Below are positions 38,247 to 49,152 of a DNA stretch of 64,000 nucleotides, piece by piece. The stretch is from a virus. Lineage: Duplodnaviria > Caudoviricetes. Each line of letters begins with the position of its first letter. The stretch's first letter is position 1. The stretch covers positions 64,001-128,000 of IMG/VR virus record IMGVR_UViG_3300031857_023573; one strand, given 5' to 3'. The position numbers and the translations under genes are program-made. The notes below the pieces were generated by a model that saw only the letters and a list, made by a program, of their open reading frames with translations, did no database searches and had not been told where the DNA came from.

Positions 38247-40073
38247 TTATTTTAAAATTTCTTCTAAGTCTTGCACAGTAATGGTTTTAATACCAAGTTC
38301 TTGAGCCTTCTTTTCTTTAGAAGATCCAGATCCTGTAACTTTCATAACAAGATGTGTTGTGTTTTTACTAACGCTACTTCCAATTTTACCACCTCGAGAT
38401 TCAATAACTGATTCTAAATCAGGTCGTCTTACTCCAGTAAATACAAATGAAGTGCCAACTAAATCTACAGAAACTTGTTGAATAACCTTTTTTTGTTCAA
38501 TAGTAATAGGAAGATCTTTAACAAACTCAAAAAATCTGTCATATCCATCGATATAAGATTGAGCAGAAATATCAGCAAATCCTTCAATTTCTAGAACCTG
38601 ATCGATGCTAGGTTTAGTATTAAAGTGCTCAAGTAATGCTAGTTTTTTACTACCAAGTGCTCTAAAGATACCAGTAGCATGTTGGAGCTTAGAGAGACTA
38701 ACACTTGAAGTTGCCTTTTTGATAGAGTTAATTACAATTTGAGCCTTTCTTTTTCCAAAACGGTCAATTTTCTCTAAGTCTGACTCTGTAAGTTTTAGAA
38801 TATCCTCTATCGTTTTATGTCCAACATCCCAAAGTTGTTTAATAACACCTTCTCCAAAATTATCTGTCTCAAGTATTTCAAAAAATGAAACAAGTTGTTT
38901 AAATTTCTGATCGTCAGTTTCATTAAGTGTAACAAGTTCAACTCCATTCTCATTCCAATCAATATTTGGAATATCAGGCATTCTAAATTCAACTTTTTGA
39001 ATTACATCTGCAATAATCGGAATTACCATTCCAGATCGCTTTACTAAAACTTTAGCTCCGACACCGAGTCCCATATCTTTTACAAAACGAGCATTATTTC
39101 CAGTCACATTTGAAACGGTCACACCATCAAGTCGAACTGGTTTGATATGTAAAGTTGGTTTTAGATATCCTTGTTTTGAAATATTCCAAGAAATATCGAT
39201 TATCTCAGACTCAGCAGATTGTTCAAAACTTGGATGTTTGAATGCTCGAGCCCAAACAGGGTTATTAGATGATGTTTCACGGCCTAATTTATTCTGTAAA
39301 TTAAGATCATTAATTTCAATAATAAGACCATCAATTTCATATTCTAAACCAAACTTATGAAATAAACTTATGAGCAATTCTTCTGTAAGTTCGGATATCT
39401 TACAAATATGATACTGTACTTTAATTTCTTGACAGGTATTCAATGACTCGATCAAATCTTGTTTTGTCGAGAAGCAGTCTTTATTGAAAACTGCACCATA
39501 TTTAATAAAATTGCAATCTTTAAGAGACTGTTGTGTATCCTTTGAGTTCAAAAGACCAGCGACTAAGTTTCTAGGATTGGCAAATTCTTGAGAATACTTA
39601 TCAGTAAATGTCTTTTTAGACATCATGACCTCGCCATATGTGAAGTCAAATTCTTGACCATTTGAATTAAGATGGTTGCCAATCAGTTTGTAGTGTTCAT
39701 TTGATTTTTGACCAAATTGTCCATCACCACGAGTGAAAGCATCATTAGTCTTTTCATTTACACAAAGAGAAAGTCCATCAAATTTAGGAGTTATAACAAC
39801 AAATTCAGATTTTGAAATCCCTTTGAGTCGTGACCAATCTTCAATATCATCAATTGATTTTATTTTATTCATTGATGCCATTTCAATCGGTAGACGACTT
39901 TTGCGAGATTCGTCTTGAATTTCATGTCCTACTTTTGCTAGTATTTCATTTTCAGGATCAAGAGCTTTCAATTCATCTACTAAAATATCATATTGAGAAT
40001 CTGACATAATTGGTTCACCAAGACGATATTTTTGATTGGCTACTATAATTTTTTCTACTAGTTCGTTAATCAT
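38247..40073 (-). CDS. ligA: NAD+-dependent DNA ligase, no zinc finger
   Basis: YRLGEPIMSDSQYD, PKFDGLS, TRGDG, RNLVAG, HhH motifs and C-terminal BRCT. Confidence 0.95.
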   Translation of the reverse strand: MINELVEKIIVANQKYRLGEPIMSDSQYDILVDELKALDPENEILAKVGHEIQDESRKSRLPIEMASMNKIKSIDDIEDWSRLKGISKSEFVVITPKFDGLSLCVNEKTNDAFTRGDGQFGQKSNEHYKLIGNHLNSNGQEFDFTYGEVMMSKKTFTDKYSQEFANPRNLVAGLLNSKDTQQSLKDCNFIKYGAVFNKDCFSTKQDLIESLNTCQEIKVQYHICKISELTEELLISLFHKFGLEYEIDGLIIEINDLNLQNKLGRETSSNNPVWARAFKHPSFEQSAESEIIDISWNISKQGYLKPTLHIKPVRLDGVTVSNVTGNNARFVKDMGLGVGAKVLVKRSGMVIPIIADVIQKVEFRMPDIPNIDWNENGVELVTLNETDDQKFKQLVSFFEILETDNFGEGVIKQLWDVGHKTIEDILKLTESDLEKIDRFGKRKAQIVINSIKKATSSVSLSKLQHATGIFRALGSKKLALLEHFNTKPSIDQVLEIEGFADISAQSYIDGYDRFFEFVKDLPITIEQKKVIQQVSVDLVGTSFVFTGVRRPDLESVIESRGGKIGSSVSKNTTHLVMKVTGSGSSKEKKAQELGIKTITVQDLEEILK

Positions 40074-40078
40074 ATATA

Positions 40079-40086
40079 CAAATATA
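40079..40086 (-). promoter_or_regulatory. -7 element TATATTTG
   Basis: 5 nt upstream of the ligA ATG. Confidence 0.65.
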
Positions 40087-40134
40087 AGGAAATATTTATT
40101 TAAAAAAACATTCTGTGAGAAAAATCTATTAATT

Positions 40135-40142
40135 AATATATA
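40135..40142 (+). promoter_or_regulatory. Putative late promoter AATATATA (representative of 14 exact sites)
   Basis: Recurs just upstream of structural and putative virion genes on both strands. Confidence 0.55.
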
Positions 40143-40161
40143 AAAAAAATTAGATTTTAAT

Positions 40162-43100
40162 ATGGGAATTAGGAGCTCTTTTGCTACTGTAGCTGACCAA
40201 ATAACTGCATATAATAAGAATATTGTCGATACATTAACAAAAATTAATGCGCTTACAACTACAAAAGAGCCTTCTGTTGATATTCAAATTATCGATGTTG
40301 AGGGTGTACTTAGAAGCTACAGTCTACCATCTTTTACTTTCTTAAAAACTGAAATTGAAAGACTTAATAATTCTTTGAATTCACTTTACAGTATCGATAC
40401 CGGAGGTGCACTAATTCAAACTACTACAACTAATAAGTTCAAAAAAATAATTACTGTAGACCTAAACAGAGAACCTAACCCTATTAATGATCTTGGTGCA
40501 ATTACTCAATTTAGATCTCAAAAAAACTGGTTCTTTGACTCAATGCTTAATCCAGCTCTTTTTGTTGAGTTTGATTTAAGTGGTAAAATCGAAAATAATG
40601 TAAGAAAAATTCTATCAAGAAGATATATCATTGATTTTTCTAAAGACTCCGATGGTAATTTTACAAATCTAGGTCAGTCTGCTATAAATAGCTTTAATCA
40701 GCTCTATCGTGGTAAAAGTGATATTGATATTCAAGATTTTGAAACTTGGCATAGAACAACACCTGGTGTTGTTAGTCCACTTGAACCAAATTACGATGAA
40801 CAAGTATTTGATATTGACCCTAATTCTGTTTTATTTGATGGGATGTTTAACGTATTAACAATTGAAGAGGATACCTTGAATAGAAAACTTTGGTATCATC
40901 TTAATACCCTTGACTATCTTATAAATGACACACTTGAAATTAGGCAATTATCAATTGATGATGAACTCATAATAAATCAAGAAGTATCTAATACTCGTTA
41001 CAAAGTTGTAGAAATTTCAACTACTGAATCTAATTACAGAATAAGAGTAGAAAGAATTGAAGGTCTTCAACCCATACCGGTTGGTATAGGTACTTTGAAG
41101 ATATACTCACCAGTAGTTTATTCAAAAAGAGTTAAAATTAGTGTTGGATACAATGAGAGAGATGTGATTTTTATTAAACCAATGAATGCCGATAATAATC
41201 TTATGGCAAAAGATTGGTCTAGAGGCACTGGTTTCTACACGAATGATTTAAGATTAGTTTCAAACAGTCCTGAAAATGGTTCTACTATGGAACAATTTTA
41301 CATAGACTATGTTTATGATTACGGTGAAGTTTTACAGGACTTTGTTGCTAAAAAGACACCAAATAAGTTAGCTGGTACGCCTAACATAGCTGTTCTGAAT
41401 ACAGATAATTTTAAAGTTGTTCAAATAAATAAACACCTTACTGATACGCCTGATGCTAACTTAATTAAAGTAAAACACAATTATTCGATTTCTTTAAAAA
41501 ACGAAATTAGACAACTACAAGATGCAATTGATGCGAGAAATACAAAGGCCAAAACAAATCGATTTACATCAAAGGCATCTGAAAATCAATTTAAGTTAGA
41601 AATAAAAGAGCTCGAGAACAAAAAATCTTCTAAGCAAAAGCTTTTAGCAACAACAACTCAAGAGATTATCGATCTATCGAGAACTCCAACCTCAAAGGTT
41701 GAGCCTAAATATAGACTACGTGGTTTCTGGAATATTCCAGAGGCGGTAATAACAAGAGGCACTCTACCTCAGGAAATTGTACAATTTAGAGTTCAATATA
41801 GATATATTTCTAAAGATGGTAGAGAACCAGTAGTTGAGACTTTTAATATTACTCAAAATAATCAACAGAAAACTGCAGCTTTCTCAAACTGGAATGAGTT
41901 TAAAACTGATGTTAGAAAAAGAACACTAGACAAAGCAACGGGTACTTATACTTGGCAAATTGAGGATCTAGAAAGTGCAGACACACCTAATATTAATCAA
42001 ATTGACATCGCTATAAATGTTAACGAAAAGGTTGAGATGAGAGTAAAATCTATTTCAGAAGTTGGTTGGCCAGAGTCTCCAGTTGAATCTGAATGGAGTG
42101 ATATTCTTACAGTTCAGTTTCCAGATGACTTAAATAATGTCTTAAATGATAATGATTTCATATTAAAAGAGGCCTCTAAAGAAGAACTTAAAGTTAGCAT
42201 GCAAACCGAACTTACAGCTAGAGGATTGGATGAACACTTATCTGAGACAGCGGTAATAAACAATAAGACTTTCCATCATACTGCTGAAAAAATTGTTTCT
42301 GGATTTAAAGATGAAAATGGTGTCAATCTAGACCTATTTGAGTATCTAAGTAAACTAGAAAATAGAGTAAGAGCACTCGAAGAAAGAATCAAGAGAGCTA
42401 AAGGTGAACTCGAAGTTGTTATTATTAGAAGTAATCAAGAATTCGTCGTATCTAATAACTCAGAGACAGCTTTCAATGTTGAACTTGAAGAATATCTTGA
42501 AGCATACACAGCGGCCGGCGCACCAACAGGTAGAATATATGAAAACAATGTTTATGTCATAAAAGACTTTGCAATCGTTCTAAGAAACGTAGCTGTTGAT
42601 TCAGCTCTTGGACTTTTATCGAATAGAGATTATGCAGGTTCGAGTATTTATAATACTGCTGCTCCTCAGGTATTCTGGGTTAATAGCCAAGATGAACTTC
42701 TTTTCAGTGACGTGACAGGAACAAGTAAAACTCAACTACCAAATCAGTACATTTGGGCTTTAAATTATGACTCTATTACACAAACTAGTTTGGTAAAATT
42801 AAGTGAGAATATTGGTAACTCATTTACCACATTGAATAATAATTCATTGACTAATGTGCTTAGTCTTACAGAATACAATATAGGATATTCAGATAACTCT
42901 TCATTATCTTTCTTATCTAGCAACAATTCGTTGCTTGATACTTCAAAGTGGGTAGATACTGTTGAAACAGTTGCATCTACTGAGAAACTACTATCAAGTA
43001 TACATCCAGCTATTCCAGATTTGCAAAATCTTGTTGAGTCAAATGAAGATAAAGTTAAGAGTATAGCTGGTGGTCAAGAAGTTATAATACCACTTCACAT

Positions 43101-43326
43101 CTACTTTAAAATGAACTCATTAAACTCAACTAAGACTGGTAAGAACTACGAATATATTGACTTGAATTTGAAACAAAACACAATTAAACATATCAAGAAA
43201 GTTAAATTCTTTGTTGAAGATGAAAGCCAAAATAGGCCATTTATATTTAGTGTGAAATTCACTTTAAATAGAAGTAAAGTTGCATTTGCTTCTAAGCCTA
43301 AGAACTATCAAACAAAAATTAAGTAA
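40162..43326 (+). CDS. Large hypothetical virion protein
   Basis: 1054 aa with coiled coils, AATATATA upstream. Confidence 0.6.
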   Translation: MGIRSSFATVADQITAYNKNIVDTLTKINALTTTKEPSVDIQIIDVEGVLRSYSLPSFTFLKTEIERLNNSLNSLYSIDTGGALIQTTTTNKFKKIITVDLNREPNPINDLGAITQFRSQKNWFFDSMLNPALFVEFDLSGKIENNVRKILSRRYIIDFSKDSDGNFTNLGQSAINSFNQLYRGKSDIDIQDFETWHRTTPGVVSPLEPNYDEQVFDIDPNSVLFDGMFNVLTIEEDTLNRKLWYHLNTLDYLINDTLEIRQLSIDDELIINQEVSNTRYKVVEISTTESNYRIRVERIEGLQPIPVGIGTLKIYSPVVYSKRVKISVGYNERDVIFIKPMNADNNLMAKDWSRGTGFYTNDLRLVSNSPENGSTMEQFYIDYVYDYGEVLQDFVAKKTPNKLAGTPNIAVLNTDNFKVVQINKHLTDTPDANLIKVKHNYSISLKNEIRQLQDAIDARNTKAKTNRFTSKASENQFKLEIKELENKKSSKQKLLATTTQEIIDLSRTPTSKVEPKYRLRGFWNIPEAVITRGTLPQEIVQFRVQYRYISKDGREPVVETFNITQNNQQKTAAFSNWNEFKTDVRKRTLDKATGTYTWQIEDLESADTPNINQIDIAINVNEKVEMRVKSISEVGWPESPVESEWSDILTVQFPDDLNNVLNDNDFILKEASKEELKVSMQTELTARGLDEHLSETAVINNKTFHHTAEKIVSGFKDENGVNLDLFEYLSKLENRVRALEERIKRAKGELEVVIIRSNQEFVVSNNSETAFNVELEEYLEAYTAAGAPTGRIYENNVYVIKDFAIVLRNVAVDSALGLLSNRDYAGSSIYNTAAPQVFWVNSQDELLFSDVTGTSKTQLPNQYIWALNYDSITQTSLVKLSENIGNSFTTLNNNSLTNVLSLTEYNIGYSDNSSLSFLSSNNSLLDTSKWVDTVETVASTEKLLSSIHPAIPDLQNLVESNEDKVKSIAGGQEVIIPLHIYFKMNSLNSTKTGKNYEYIDLNLKQNTIKHIKKVKFFVEDESQNRPFIFSVKFTLNRSKVAFASKPKNYQTKIK

Positions 43327-43329
43327 TAA

Positions 43330-46300
43330 ATGAAGAGTTTTTCACTTTTAAGAACGAATGTTGGTCTAACTGCCAATGTTAAAGTGGTTTGTGATTCAAA
43401 TTACAATTTGTATCTTGAGAGTATTGATTCTGCTCCGGAATTGTCGATTAGTCGATTAAAGAAAATGCAATTCAACAAAAATAACTTTTTTGACGAATTA
43501 GTGCCTTACTTTTTTAAGGACTTTCCGGTGGATATAGCTTATCAAGTAATTTATTATGAAGATGTTGATAATATGTCTCAAGATTTTGCAAGTCAATATG
43601 ACGACACTTATAACATGGGCGCTAGAAATATAGTTGATAATAAAAATTACCCAGAAGAATACGAATATTTTGCACCACTATATGTTTTTAAGGCTCAAAT
43701 TCCAAAATATTTTATAATTTTTAGAGTAGATGGACCTGGTCTTGAAGATTTAGATCAATCTAATTTCAGACAAGATTTTTTAAAAAAATTCAAAACAGTT
43801 AAGATTTTTGACTTGACTAAAAACACAGCACTTGGCGAGTGGATAGAGAGAAATTTCAAAAACAATATCTCTTTTCCAAACTCATCTCTTGAAATAGACT
43901 TCAGAAATTTAGAATTTTCAAAATGGATAGGTATTGACTATGAAACTGGTGGATTTACATACAAGTCTAGTTTTTTAGAAAACTCGCTTGAAAATGAGAA
44001 TACACTTTTTGATTTTGAAAGATTTTTCTTTGATGGATATCGAGTAAACAAACTTATACATCCTCAAATTGTAAACTTTTCTTTCCTATTTGATGATACA
44101 CCAGCAACACCAAACAATTTAAGAAAATGGTCACTAAATAGATATTCGGGGTTTTATCTAGATGATTTGGAATTAATTGATACTATCACACCATTTACAT
44201 CTCCTAGACTTAAAACAGATGTGGAAATATTAGAAGAGAATGTCTTGTATTCACCATCTGGTGACCCATTTGAATTTGGGTTTCAAGATGGTCAAGATAA
44301 CTGGGTAGAATGGAGAGGTAACTTTTACAAAGTTGAAAAATTTACCGAAAAAACTGAAAATGTTCTATCAAAAACTATAAGTAAAAACACACCGAAAAGA
44401 ACACTTAATAGAAACGTTAAAAAGACCTCTGTTTCTAAATCTCTAGGTCAGGAAACACTTCAAATAGAAGGTTATAATACTGTAGAAACTGTTAAATATA
44501 GAATTATTTCAGAATACGAATTAGTAGGTCTAGAGTCTGAATTAAATCAAAAAACTTGCTACGTTGACCAAAATTGTCTAATTTTAAGACTAGATGGTAC
44601 AAATTATGTGGTTGACGAATTTGATTTTGCTGATATCAACGTGATTCAAATTGGGGATAGATTTCACAATTTAATACTTGATGAAGACGGAAATCTTAAA
44701 ATTTTATCAGATTATGGATTTCTCTGGTCTCAAAATTATAGATTTGAATATTTCATAAATGGTGCACAACCAGGATATAACAACATTATTGATTTAGAGA
44801 TTAAAACTGGTAATAATCCATTTGGCTTTAAAATTTACAGATTGAAGTTTACTGATATTAAGGATTTTGACACCAATATTGTTGATACCGAGTTTTCAAA
44901 ATTTGAATACGAAAAGCTTGATGATGTCACACTTACTGAAGAACCAAAGATGTATACTACAGATTTGAGAGTAAATTCAAATCCAGCTCCTTTTAATGAC
45001 TACTTCTACAAAGATCAAGTTTATAACATGCCTTGTTCGTCTGACTATACTGCAAACTTAGAGACATTCAGAATAGTCGATGGTGATCTTAGCGAACTCT
45101 GGAGAATGAATCCGGTACATTGTAGATTTGGATATCAAGGTTCGATCTCCACTGGAGATTATCCATATTTATTGAATAATAATGATATACATGAGAATTT
45201 TAATAGAAGTGCTGATACTTTTGAATCAGTTCCTAATAGAAGAGTGAGAAACTTGGATTATTTCTATTCAATAAATTCTGGCGACCCATCTTACTTACAT
45301 CATTCACTACATATTGAAAGAAATTATGAAAACATTCAAGATACTTCTTTTAGATTTGAAGTAGATAAGTATTTAAATTTACACAATTATACACCAAGTG
45401 GTGGTACTATTTCAACTACTTATTCTTCAGATTATTTTAGTTACTTTTTCGGAAGTACGCAAAGTTTTTTGAACGGTCAAATTCTCAAAAAAGTAGAAAA
45501 GTGGTCTTTATTCGATAAGGGTGACAAGGCAAACCCAAATACAACATTATTCAAAGGACTTAAATTTAAGATTTTTGAAGTAGAGAAAATTATAAAAGGA
45601 GACCTATCACTTGATGAGGTCAACCTTTTTACTTCAAATTCTTTTGAGGACTATAAATTTTCTGTATTATTAAGTCAGAATTTACAAGGTGTTGATATTA
45701 ATGGTGAACTTTACGATACCGTAGAATGGGGAGAATTTCAAGCTATTCAGGATAATTTTGGATTTTTATCGTTTAGAACTTCTGATAGTGCAACACCATC
45801 AAATGTTGTAGTAGGTGATAGAGTTAAGATTAAGCAGTACTATCCAAAAATGGAATTTACTTATGATGACTTAGCAACTGTCACTCATGTAGGTACACTA
45901 AGTTATGGTGGTTATGGATTTGAAACTAATAAAGAGTTTTTATTTACAACTGCTAGTGTAGGTGGTTCAACTGGCAGTGGTACTACTTTTAGCATAGACG
46001 TTGGATCTGCCTATAGTGCATTTCCGAACATAGTAATTAGTCTAACTGTCTTTGCTGGCCATGGTGTTACAAGTCCAACTGATTTCACTATTATAGACTT
46101 GAATACATCTAGTGGACCAGCTACTGACTGGATTGGACAAACTTTAAACTTTTCACCATTCAGTCCAACTCAACTTATTGCTACTACTGCTTTACCTCTT
46201 TCAACAAATGCATTCACAGATGGTGTATTGGGTGACATAGGAGTTTCAGCAAGTGTAATTCAAACACCAACTGCATCAAATACTAGTGGTTATTACAGTG

Positions 46301-48009
46301 TAAATTTTGAGTGGAAAGTTATTAGAAATTGGGAATTAGATACTCAATATTACACAAACGATTATGTATTATATGATGACGTTCTTTATAGAGTCACTAA
46401 TAATAGTTTAGTTGAGGATCCTAATGAAGATCCCACGACTTTGACTGGTTTTTATACAGCAACAACATCAAAACAACCCTTTTGGTCACCAAATGCATCT
46501 TATGCTGAGGGTGATTGGTGTTTTAGACAAGGTGATTTTTATGTAAGAACTAGTGTTGGAGATGGAATAGATTTTTATAATACAGTCAGTCTTTATCAAC
46601 CAGGTGATATAATTAATTGGAAAGGTAGATTTTATGAGTCTAAACTAGAGTCTATAAAAAAGACACCTCAGAAAAATAAGAGAAATAATTTTATATCTGA
46701 AGATTTTGAAAAGTATTGGATAGAAGTTCCAAATCCAAAAGAATGGTATGCTATAAATAGTCTACAAGATTTTACACCTCCATCTAATAGATGGGAACCA
46801 ATTCCAATTTGGGATCCAGCATCTGAATACTCACAGAATCAATATGTTGTTTATGACGAATCACTTTATCAAGCAAATAGTAATATCCTACAGGTAGAAG
46901 GTGACGGAATAACTGATAGCTTTCAGACACCTGATGTCAACACACTATGGACTAGAATTTTTAGCTTTAGACAAGACTCGGAAGCTCAATATTCACCAGT
47001 CAATAACTCAGTGATTAGAATTGGAGAGAGTTATTATTTAAATACTTTTAGTAGTGGCAGCACACTTGATAGTGGTATTACAATTTACATAAATAAAAAA
47101 TGGAAAAATATACTAGTAAACATAAATATAAATGACGGAACTACTTTAAATATTGATAATTCTATAAGAGATCTATTATATAAAGACATAAATACCAGAC
47201 TTACCGCCGCTTCATTTATAAGACAATTCAATGATTTAGATACTAAGTATGACTTTGCAGATTATACATCATACGTAATAATTGAAGAAGATGGTACTAT
47301 TTCAAAGTATAATTTCAATAATGATATAGAAAATTTACCCTATTTACTTCTATGTGAAGAGCCTGATCAGTTTGAATTGAAAAATAATACTTTAAGTTAT
47401 TCACCTATTAATATTCCTTCAACCGAAATAAAATCAATAAGATATCTTGTAAATGGTAAAATCGATAGTATAGAAAGACTTAACTATTATAATGAAATTC
47501 CACTCGCTTGTGAGATTGAAAGAAATGTTGATGAAATTGGATTTGGTAAAAACTATAATGGCAGGAGAGATATTACAGTATCAAGAGATGCTAGTGTTAA
47601 ACCAAAAAGTAATGCCAATATATCCGAAACTTTTTTTAGACACAGTGGTAACTATATGCCAATATTCTATGACTTGCAACTTTTCAAACCAATTGGTGAG
47701 TTCGATACAAATTATGGCAACTATAAATTTGATGAGAACTTAACATTTTTTGGAATAATGCGTCAGAGAATCATTACAAAAGTAAATAGAAAAGAAAATA
47801 TACTTAAACTTAGAAATAATGATAGTTTAAAGTCAATATATCCAATGTTAGACGAATTCGGATATACAGTTCTTGACTTCTTTATATTCAAGTCAACTTG
47901 GGATTATTTTTATCACGTAGAGTGTTTGAATTTGAATATTAACTTACCTATTATTGATAAGAAGCTGATCTTTAATAGATTCAAAAATAAAGAAATAACT
48001 AGAAAGTAA
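43330..48009 (+). CDS. Very large virion protein with four CBM5/12-like aromatic repeats
   Basis: WELDTQYYTNDYVLY, WSPNASYAEGDWCF, YNTVSLYQPGDIINW, WDPASEYSQNQYVVY. Confidence 0.65.
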   Translation: MKSFSLLRTNVGLTANVKVVCDSNYNLYLESIDSAPELSISRLKKMQFNKNNFFDELVPYFFKDFPVDIAYQVIYYEDVDNMSQDFASQYDDTYNMGARNIVDNKNYPEEYEYFAPLYVFKAQIPKYFIIFRVDGPGLEDLDQSNFRQDFLKKFKTVKIFDLTKNTALGEWIERNFKNNISFPNSSLEIDFRNLEFSKWIGIDYETGGFTYKSSFLENSLENENTLFDFERFFFDGYRVNKLIHPQIVNFSFLFDDTPATPNNLRKWSLNRYSGFYLDDLELIDTITPFTSPRLKTDVEILEENVLYSPSGDPFEFGFQDGQDNWVEWRGNFYKVEKFTEKTENVLSKTISKNTPKRTLNRNVKKTSVSKSLGQETLQIEGYNTVETVKYRIISEYELVGLESELNQKTCYVDQNCLILRLDGTNYVVDEFDFADINVIQIGDRFHNLILDEDGNLKILSDYGFLWSQNYRFEYFINGAQPGYNNIIDLEIKTGNNPFGFKIYRLKFTDIKDFDTNIVDTEFSKFEYEKLDDVTLTEEPKMYTTDLRVNSNPAPFNDYFYKDQVYNMPCSSDYTANLETFRIVDGDLSELWRMNPVHCRFGYQGSISTGDYPYLLNNNDIHENFNRSADTFESVPNRRVRNLDYFYSINSGDPSYLHHSLHIERNYENIQDTSFRFEVDKYLNLHNYTPSGGTISTTYSSDYFSYFFGSTQSFLNGQILKKVEKWSLFDKGDKANPNTTLFKGLKFKIFEVEKIIKGDLSLDEVNLFTSNSFEDYKFSVLLSQNLQGVDINGELYDTVEWGEFQAIQDNFGFLSFRTSDSATPSNVVVGDRVKIKQYYPKMEFTYDDLATVTHVGTLSYGGYGFETNKEFLFTTASVGGSTGSGTTFSIDVGSAYSAFPNIVISLTVFAGHGVTSPTDFTIIDLNTSSGPATDWIGQTLNFSPFSPTQLIATTALPLSTNAFTDGVLGDIGVSASVIQTPTASNTSGYYSVNFEWKVIRNWELDTQYYTNDYVLYDDVLYRVTNNSLVEDPNEDPTTLTGFYTATTSKQPFWSPNASYAEGDWCFRQGDFYVRTSVGDGIDFYNTVSLYQPGDIINWKGRFYESKLESIKKTPQKNKRNNFISEDFEKYWIEVPNPKEWYAINSLQDFTPPSNRWEPIPIWDPASEYSQNQYVVYDESLYQANSNILQVEGDGITDSFQTPDVNTLWTRIFSFRQDSEAQYSPVNNSVIRIGESYYLNTFSSGSTLDSGITIYINKKWKNILVNININDGTTLNIDNSIRDLLYKDINTRLTAASFIRQFNDLDTKYDFADYTSYVIIEEDGTISKYNFNNDIENLPYLLLCEEPDQFELKNNTLSYSPINIPSTEIKSIRYLVNGKIDSIERLNYYNEIPLACEIERNVDEIGFGKNYNGRRDITVSRDASVKPKSNANISETFFRHSGNYMPIFYDLQLFKPIGEFDTNYGNYKFDENLTFFGIMRQRIITKVNRKENILKLRNNDSLKSIYPMLDEFGYTVLDFFIFKSTWDYFYHVECLNLNINLPIIDKKLIFNRFKNKEITRK

Positions 48010-48707
48010 TGAGAAGAACATACATTTCACCAGAATTTGATTATAAAAAGGTATTTGGTACTTTTAATATGAAAGAGGAGTCTAGTTTTTTTGGTTCAAA
48101 AATGTTAGAAATTGAAGACTCATTGCAACTTCAAGATCAATCAATTGTTTACTATCAAAATTCAAAAGGTGAACAAATAGATTTAGATATAGAAAAATTA
48201 TCACCACCCATCGTCTATAGTGTTTCAGAAGATTTCAAGGCAAATCACACGTTAGTTTTAGATGATTCACAATCTGATTTTTTAAGAAATACTACTACAA
48301 GATACATCTTAACTATAAATCTAGAAACAATTTTAGAAAACTTTTTATTTGCTACTCTAAAGCAATATAGAACTTTTGACGGTGTTAAAAGTAGCATGTG
48401 TTATAGTGGTGATATAAACTTTTCATTGAAACAATATGTTATAAAAAATGTTGTTGATAGATATAAATTTGATAGAGTAGAACTTTATTTAAATTATGTT
48501 GATTTGAGAGATCAAAACATCAGAAGATATAACAACACTTGGGCAATTAATCCATCAGCTATTAGCATTGAATCAAACAAGTTAAAGAATGTTCAGACTG
48601 AGACTGAATATGATTTTTCTTCAATAAGACTGACTTTCAATCAACAAAAAAGTAGTCAGCTTTTTTCATTTGAATATTACTTCAAACTTTTCTGGGAAAA
48701 ATTATAA
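48009..48707 (+). CDS. Hypothetical protein
   Basis: 232 aa, coupled to the upstream gene. Confidence 0.6.
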   Translation: MRRTYISPEFDYKKVFGTFNMKEESSFFGSKMLEIEDSLQLQDQSIVYYQNSKGEQIDLDIEKLSPPIVYSVSEDFKANHTLVLDDSQSDFLRNTTTRYILTINLETILENFLFATLKQYRTFDGVKSSMCYSGDINFSLKQYVIKNVVDRYKFDRVELYLNYVDLRDQNIRRYNNTWAINPSAISIESNKLKNVQTETEYDFSSIRLTFNQQKSSQLFSFEYYFKLFWEKL

Positions 48708-48715
48708 ATTTATAT

Positions 48716-49084
48716 ATGGGTGATCTCACAAATATAAATTTACTAATATTATTTAAAATATTTAAAGATAGACCACATCATTTATCTAGATTCCTTATTG
48801 AGAATGGTGCTTTTAATCAGAGTTTCCTTGATAGACTTAATAAAAACGGAAAATTGTCAGAAATAAAAAATATTGAAGAAATAAAAAAAGACTTTGATAA
48901 TATTGATGATATGAAGGAATTTTATTCTTCATTAATTAACTCACAAACACCTAGAAAAAAGACTAGTTCTGAAATAACTACAGAAATTAATACTAAAATT
49001 TCGACTGCCATAAGTAATGAAAATTATGAAGAAGCTGCCAGACTTAGAGATTTTCTCAATAAATTAAATCAAAAAAAAAAATAA
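48716..49084 (+). CDS. Protein with C-terminal UVR coiled-coil motif
   Basis: AISNENYEEAARLRD. Confidence 0.7.
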   Translation: MGDLTNINLLILFKIFKDRPHHLSRFLIENGAFNQSFLDRLNKNGKLSEIKNIEEIKKDFDNIDDMKEFYSSLINSQTPRKKTSSEITTEINTKISTAISNENYEEAARLRDFLNKLNQKKK

Positions 49085-49152
49085 TAAGTGAGTTAAAAAC
49101 TTATGACTTAACTGGACTATAAACACTAATTAATCTTTTAAAAAATAAAAAT

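Noticed and set aside
49071-49083. Poly-A run as a programmed frameshift at the end of the UVR protein
   Set aside because: Stops follow shortly and it only encodes terminal lysines; a homopolymer read error cannot be excluded
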